Origin: an uncultured bacterium
GTDB taxonomy: Bacteria; Chloroflexota; UBA5177; JANWHV01
Direction of reading: 5' to 3'
Length of the DNA: 64,000 bases
Assembly: GCA_963827235.1 (NCBI GenBank)
Contig: CAWHAE010000020.1
Location: 32,001 to 96,000, forward strand
Positions 59,983-64,000 of the stretch are shown piece after piece. Position numbers and translations under genes: made by a program. The notes below the pieces were generated by a model, which was not told the DNA's origin, did not search any database, and saw only the letters and a program-made list of their open reading frames with translations. The stretch's first letter is position 1; each line of letters starts with the position of its first letter.

Positions 59983-61080
59983 GTGGAATTCGTTAGGCGA
60001 TTCCCGTATCCCCCGCCGTGCTGCCTCGTCGCGCTGATCGTTTTGGTGGTCTACGGCTCTGTCTTTGCGGTGCGCTATCGCCTGGACGGCGGCTCCCTGC
60101 CCTTCGTCGTGATGGGCACGTCCAACTCGCCCGGCAATCACGGCTACGACGGGCAGTACTACTACAGGATCGCCGTGGCGCCTTTGGGCACGACGCGCGG
60201 GTTGGACAGGGCGGCCTATCGCTATCTGCGCATCGGATATCCGGCGCTTGCGCGGGTGTTAAGCGGCGGCCGAACCGCGCTCGTGCCGGCGGTGCTGGTG
60301 CTGATCAACATTGCTGCCATTGCACTCGGCACGTTCGCCTGTGCGCGGCTGCTGCGCTCGCACGGCTCTTCGCCGGCTTACGCGCTCCTGTGGGCTCTCT
60401 ACGCGGGACAGGCGGCGGCATTCTGGCGCGACCTTGCCGAGCCGACGGCCATGCTCCTCGTGGCAGGAGCGCTGCTTGCCGCGTCCGCCCAGCGGCTCGT
60501 CCCGGCAGGTGTGCTGTTCGCGGCCGCCGCTCTGACTAAGGAGACAGCTCTGCTCTTCGCGGTGGCGGTCGGCGGGCAGTTCCTCCTGCGGGGTCATCTG
60601 CGCGCCTTCTCCACCTTGTCCATCCTGGTTGCCGCGCCCTATCTCGCCTGGCAGGCAGCGGTGGCTCGCATGTTCGCTCACAGCGTGCTGTCCGAGGCGC
60701 ACTCGTCGCCCAGGCTGCTGCTTGACGGTCTGCAGGGTGCTCGCGATTCCGCTGCCCTGGCAGGGGATCTCGCGGTGGTCGTGCTTCCGAGCGTCCTCTG
60801 CGTTGCCCTGCTGGCATCAGGCATCTGGCAGCGCCACGGCGACGGCGTGGCCGGGTTCCTGGAAGCCGCCAGTAGCTGGAGCACGCTCGCGCTGGCCCTG
60901 AATATCGCGTTCGTCTGGTTGCTGCCCAGGGAGACGTGGGCGGATCTCTGGGCGTCGGCGCGGACTGCCGACGGATTGGTGTTGGCTGCTCTCGCTCATC
61001 CCCGATTTGGCGCGTGCCGGATGCGGGGGCCATTGGCCACTGCGTGGGCGGTCAGCGCGCTGTTTCTCTGCTGGTCTTGA
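59983..61080 (+). CDS. Multi-pass membrane protein, GT-C-like (AZOBR_p60025-type cell-surface glycopolymer protein)
   Basis: 'GYDGQYYYRIA..P....LD..AYRY.RI.YP.LA', 'L.EP', 'A.LTKE' and about 10 hydrophobic segments. Confidence 0.7.
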   Translation: MEFVRRFPYPPPCCLVALIVLVVYGSVFAVRYRLDGGSLPFVVMGTSNSPGNHGYDGQYYYRIAVAPLGTTRGLDRAAYRYLRIGYPALARVLSGGRTALVPAVLVLINIAAIALGTFACARLLRSHGSSPAYALLWALYAGQAAAFWRDLAEPTAMLLVAGALLAASAQRLVPAGVLFAAAALTKETALLFAVAVGGQFLLRGHLRAFSTLSILVAAPYLAWQAAVARMFAHSVLSEAHSSPRLLLDGLQGARDSAALAGDLAVVVLPSVLCVALLASGIWQRHGDGVAGFLEAASSWSTLALALNIAFVWLLPRETWADLWASARTADGLVLAALAHPRFGACRMRGPLATAWAVSALFLCWS

Positions 61081-61112
61081 GCGGGATAGGCGGCAGGTCG
61101 GCACGCATCCAC

Positions 61113-61880
61113 TCAGCCTGCAATGCTCGGAGCGGCCACACCGTGGCCGGCGTCCGGCGCGAGGTCGACGACTCGCTCGTGGAGCCAACGGGAGGCCATC
61201 GTCTTGACGTCTTCGAGATGATCTGCCATCGCGGTATGGGCGGCGCGCGAGTCGTGCGCGGCGATCGCTGTCATGATGCAGTGATGGTGTTGAATGGAGC
61301 TGGCTGTGCCGGTATACGCCCGCAGTGACCACTCGCGCGTTTCGCGCAGCGCTTCGTTGATATAGCTCACGATCGTGACCAGCAGGTCGTTGTGCGTGGC
61401 CTCGGCTATGGCGAAGTGAAAGGCCGTGTCCTGTTCGAGGCCGGTGCCGCCGCCGTCCACGGCGCGCTCCTGATCGGCAATCAGATCGTGCATGGCGGCG
61501 ATCTCGACGTCGGTGGCCCGCAGCGCCGCCAGGGCGGCAGTCTGCGGCTCGAAGATCGAGCGGACCTCGAGCGGATTTCGGATGGCCGGGCCGCCATGCG
61601 CCGACAGTTGCGCCAGAGGCAGACCCAGCGCCGTGTCAAGCGTGGCACAGACGACCGTACTGCCACCTTGATGGCTCTCTATGAAGCCTTTCGACTGCAG
61701 TACGCTTAGCGCCTCCCGAACTGACGCCCGGCTGACGCCGAACTGCGAGGACAGATCGCGTTCGGCCGGCAGGCGCTCACCCGGCGCCAATCGGCCCGAA
61801 ACGATATCTTGCTGCAATTGCCGTGCAATCTGCTCGTAAAGCCTGGTCTTGAGAACGTGTCGCTGTGACGTCATTGTCAT
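61113..61880 (-). CDS. GntR family (FadR subfamily) transcriptional regulator
   Basis: 'G.L.PGERLPAER.L..QFGVSR.SVREAL..L...G' and FCD domain 'EVR..FE', 'D..FH.AIA.A..N', 'H..I..AI...D...A..AM..HL'. Confidence 0.93.
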   Translation of the reverse strand: MTMTSQRHVLKTRLYEQIARQLQQDIVSGRLAPGERLPAERDLSSQFGVSRASVREALSVLQSKGFIESHQGGSTVVCATLDTALGLPLAQLSAHGGPAIRNPLEVRSIFEPQTAALAALRATDVEIAAMHDLIADQERAVDGGGTGLEQDTAFHFAIAEATHNDLLVTIVSYINEALRETREWSLRAYTGTASSIQHHHCIMTAIAAHDSRAAHTAMADHLEDVKTMASRWLHERVVDLAPDAGHGVAAPSIAG

Positions 61881-62125
61881 GCTTTCTGTGTGCGAGCGGA
61901 ACTCACCCGTAGCATCCCTCGTACCATGGTCCGCAGACCCCGGCGGCTGCGGACGGGACTCGTCCAAGGCGCGGCGCGAGGCTGCTCACGCCCCGCCCGA
62001 GCCGGGCCGGCACCGCTGGCCGGGCTCGCCTGGACGCCGTCCCACTGTGAATGAGGCATCCCAGGAGCGCGCACTGGGGGTCTGGGAGCCTGCTGCGAGC
62101 CTACGAGGGCTGGCCGGCCGTCTTT

Positions 62126-62244
62126 TGGTCTGACAACCTAACCACACTATACGTCCGCAGGCAACCTTGGCGCAACCCCTTGCACCGCTAGTTGCGGTGT
62201 GTTACGGTATGGGCACCCGGCGCAATGGTATGCTTGTCAGGCCA
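62126..62244. promoter_or_regulatory. Pair of FadR-type operator sites between fadR and the peptide SBP gene
   Basis: TGGTCTGACAA at 62126-62136 and its near-perfect inverse TTGTCAGGCCA at 62234-62244. Both resemble the FadR-subfamily TGGT-N3-ACCA consensus. Confidence 0.6.
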
Positions 62245-62365
62245 CTTGGGGGCGATTCGTGCTTCCCTGCCGGCTTGGCGGTGCGGCTACGGGATGAGGG
62301 CAGGGACTGCCCGTCTGTGTTGCAGGCCCTCCTCGCCTGCTCAAGCCGAAGGGACGTCGAGAATC

Positions 62366-64000
62366 ATGCCAGACCTGCGCCCCGCGTCACTCCGCAAGTA
62401 TCTTTCCACACGCGGCCTCTCCCACCTTGTGCGGTCGTCCGTGGCGGCCGGCCTCCTTCTGGCCGGACAAGCCGGCGTTGCCGGCTCTGCGGCCGCCGCT
62501 GCACCGCAGCGAGGCGGCACTCTGATCTACGCCGAGAACTTCGGATCCTTCGACTCCTTCATTCCCGTTGTCAGTCCGGCCGAGATCGTGGACGACGAAG
62601 CCCAGGTGCTTCTCTATCGCCCCCTGCTTTGGATCGGGCAGAAAGCCAGCATTGAGTACGACCGCAGTATCGCCAGGTCGATCACTGTCTCCAAGGACCT
62701 CACGAGCTATACGGTGAATATGCAGCCGGACTACAAGTGGTCGGACGGCAGCCCGGTGACCGCGGACGACGTTGCCTACTGCTACAACCTCATGAAGCAG
62801 TACGGCACCAAGTACGCCTACTATGGCATCGGCGGTCTGCCAAATCTGGTCAAGTCCTTCACCGTCGATTCGCCTACCTCCTTCACCATCGTGATGACGA
62901 CACCCTTCAATCCTTCGTATTTCGAGCTCAACGGCCTGGCACAGCTCCGTCCGTTGCCCAGCAAAGCCTGGAAATCCTACAACGCGACCTATCTCTTCAA
63001 CCATCAAACCGATCCGCAGGTTCTGAGCATCGTCGACGGTCCCTACAAGCTCACCAAGTTTGTGAGCGGCCAGTACGCACGCTTTGAGCGCAACCCTATG
63101 TACAGCGGACACCAGTCCTATCTGGACACGTACATCGTGCAGTTCTATTCGGCGGACCAGGCGCTCTTTGCTGCCCTCCGGACCGACGCGGTGCAGATCG
63201 GCGCCGCGCCCTATTCGCTGCACAGCTCGTGGTCGCAGCTCAGCAACCTGGCCACCTACTCCTACTCCATCTTCGGCTTCGACTACATCACGCTCAACTA
63301 TCGCAACCCGGCCACCAGCTTCTTCAAGGACGTGAGCGTCCGCCAGGCCATGCAGCTGGCCATCAACCAGCCGGAGATGAACCAGGCGCTCTACTACGGC
63401 AACGCGCACTCGGCCTACTCGCCGGTACCCTACTCACCCTCCACGTATCTGTCGAGCGCGGCCAAGGCTTCGATGAACGCCGACCACTACGATCTGACCA
63501 AGGCGGCGGCCCTGCTCGATTCGGCCGGCTGGACCATGTCCGGTGGCGTACGCGAGAAGGCAGGACAGAAGCTGACGTTTACCTTCGAGGTCTTTAGCGG
63601 CCAGGAAACGGCGGTCAGGCAGGCTGAGATCATCCAGCAGGACTTTGCCAAGCTCGGTATTCAGATTAGCCTGAAGCAGGTGACGTTCCAGACCGGCATC
63701 GCCCAGCTTGCCGCCAAGGGCACTAGCTGGGATGCGATCGGCATCGGCTGGATCTACTATCCGAACTTCTACCCGCTCGGCGACGGCCTGTTTGCCACGA
63801 CCGGAGGATCGAATTTCGGCGGCTTCAGCGATCCGAAGCTCGACGCGACCGTTGTCGAGGCCCAGACCAAGCCCGGAATGGCAGGCATTTACGCCTACGG
63901 CGACTATGCGTCCACCGTGGTTCCGGCCCTCTTCCTGGACTATCCGGAGACCGTGATCAAGTACCAGCCCAACGTCCAGGGCGTGGGCGACTTCTTCAAT
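62366..64000 (+). CDS. Peptide/nickel ABC transporter substrate-binding protein (family 5, OppA/DppA-like), 3' truncated; not in ORF track
   Basis: Frame open from ATG 62366 to the window end: MPDLRP...GSAAAAAPQRGGTL..., 'LYRPL', 'YKWSDGSPVTADDV', 'DGPYKL', 'RNP.Y', 'VRQAMQLAINQ', 'YDLTKAAALLDSAGW'. Confidence 0.92.
   Translation, partial: MPDLRPASLRKYLSTRGLSHLVRSSVAAGLLLAGQAGVAGSAAAAAPQRGGTLIYAENFGSFDSFIPVVSPAEIVDDEAQVLLYRPLLWIGQKASIEYDRSIARSITVSKDLTSYTVNMQPDYKWSDGSPVTADDVAYCYNLMKQYGTKYAYYGIGGLPNLVKSFTVDSPTSFTIVMTTPFNPSYFELNGLAQLRPLPSKAWKSYNATYLFNHQTDPQVLSIVDGPYKLTKFVSGQYARFERNPMYSGHQSYLDTYIVQFYSADQALFAALRTDAVQIGAAPYSLHSSWSQLSNLATYSYSIFGFDYITLNYRNPATSFFKDVSVRQAMQLAINQPEMNQALYYGNAHSAYSPVPYSPSTYLSSAAKASMNADHYDLTKAAALLDSAGWTMSGGVREKAGQKLTFTFEVFSGQETAVRQAEIIQQDFAKLGIQISLKQVTFQTGIAQLAAKGTSWDAIGIGWIYYPNFYPLGDGLFATTGGSNFGGFSDPKLDATVVEAQTKPGMAGIYAYGDYASTVVPALFLDYPETVIKYQPNVQGVGDFFN

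Overview
GC-rich bacterial window of mostly housekeeping and nutrient-scavenging genes. It is probably from a peptidoglycan-making member of Chloroflexota or a relative; this is inferred from a DUF6788-BTAD fusion, a small 'SFLLRVW' protein and a remnant 'VQY..N.RLEYHP' cell-surface repeat. Contents in order: M14 deacylase (partial), two divergent oligoendopeptidase F genes, an Asp/Glu racemase, a GHL6-like glycosidase, a TetR/MFS pair, several secreted Pro/Thr-rich proteins, fabG-fabD-fabF, PadR, an amidase, a GH13, a DUF6788-BTAD-NTPase-TPR regulator with divergent small protein and DUF642 genes, a maltose/trehalose ABC-GH65-pgmB operon, a GH94 phosphorylase, a truncated dcw cluster (murD to ftsZ), Uma2, M20, DUF4432, an A-type Fe-S carrier, DUF3352, a Cys/Met PLP enzyme, a GT-C-like membrane protein, FadR and a partial peptide-binding protein. 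I saw no rRNA, tRNA, CRISPR array or intact mobile element. Most notable: (1) a shared ~70-85 aa C-terminal domain on two unrelated secreted proteins, a candidate surface-sorting domain, alongside solute-binding proteins with no lipobox; (2) a promoter-led rod-like ncRNA candidate at ~12.8 kb; (3) five 11-bp-phased MprA-like hexamers upstream of a Cys/GTPP-repeat secreted protein; (4) an unlisted small ORF with an apparent ATC start in the BTAD locus. Single-base frameshifts in murC and pepF look like sequencing errors. All family calls come from motif recognition by eye; no searches were run.
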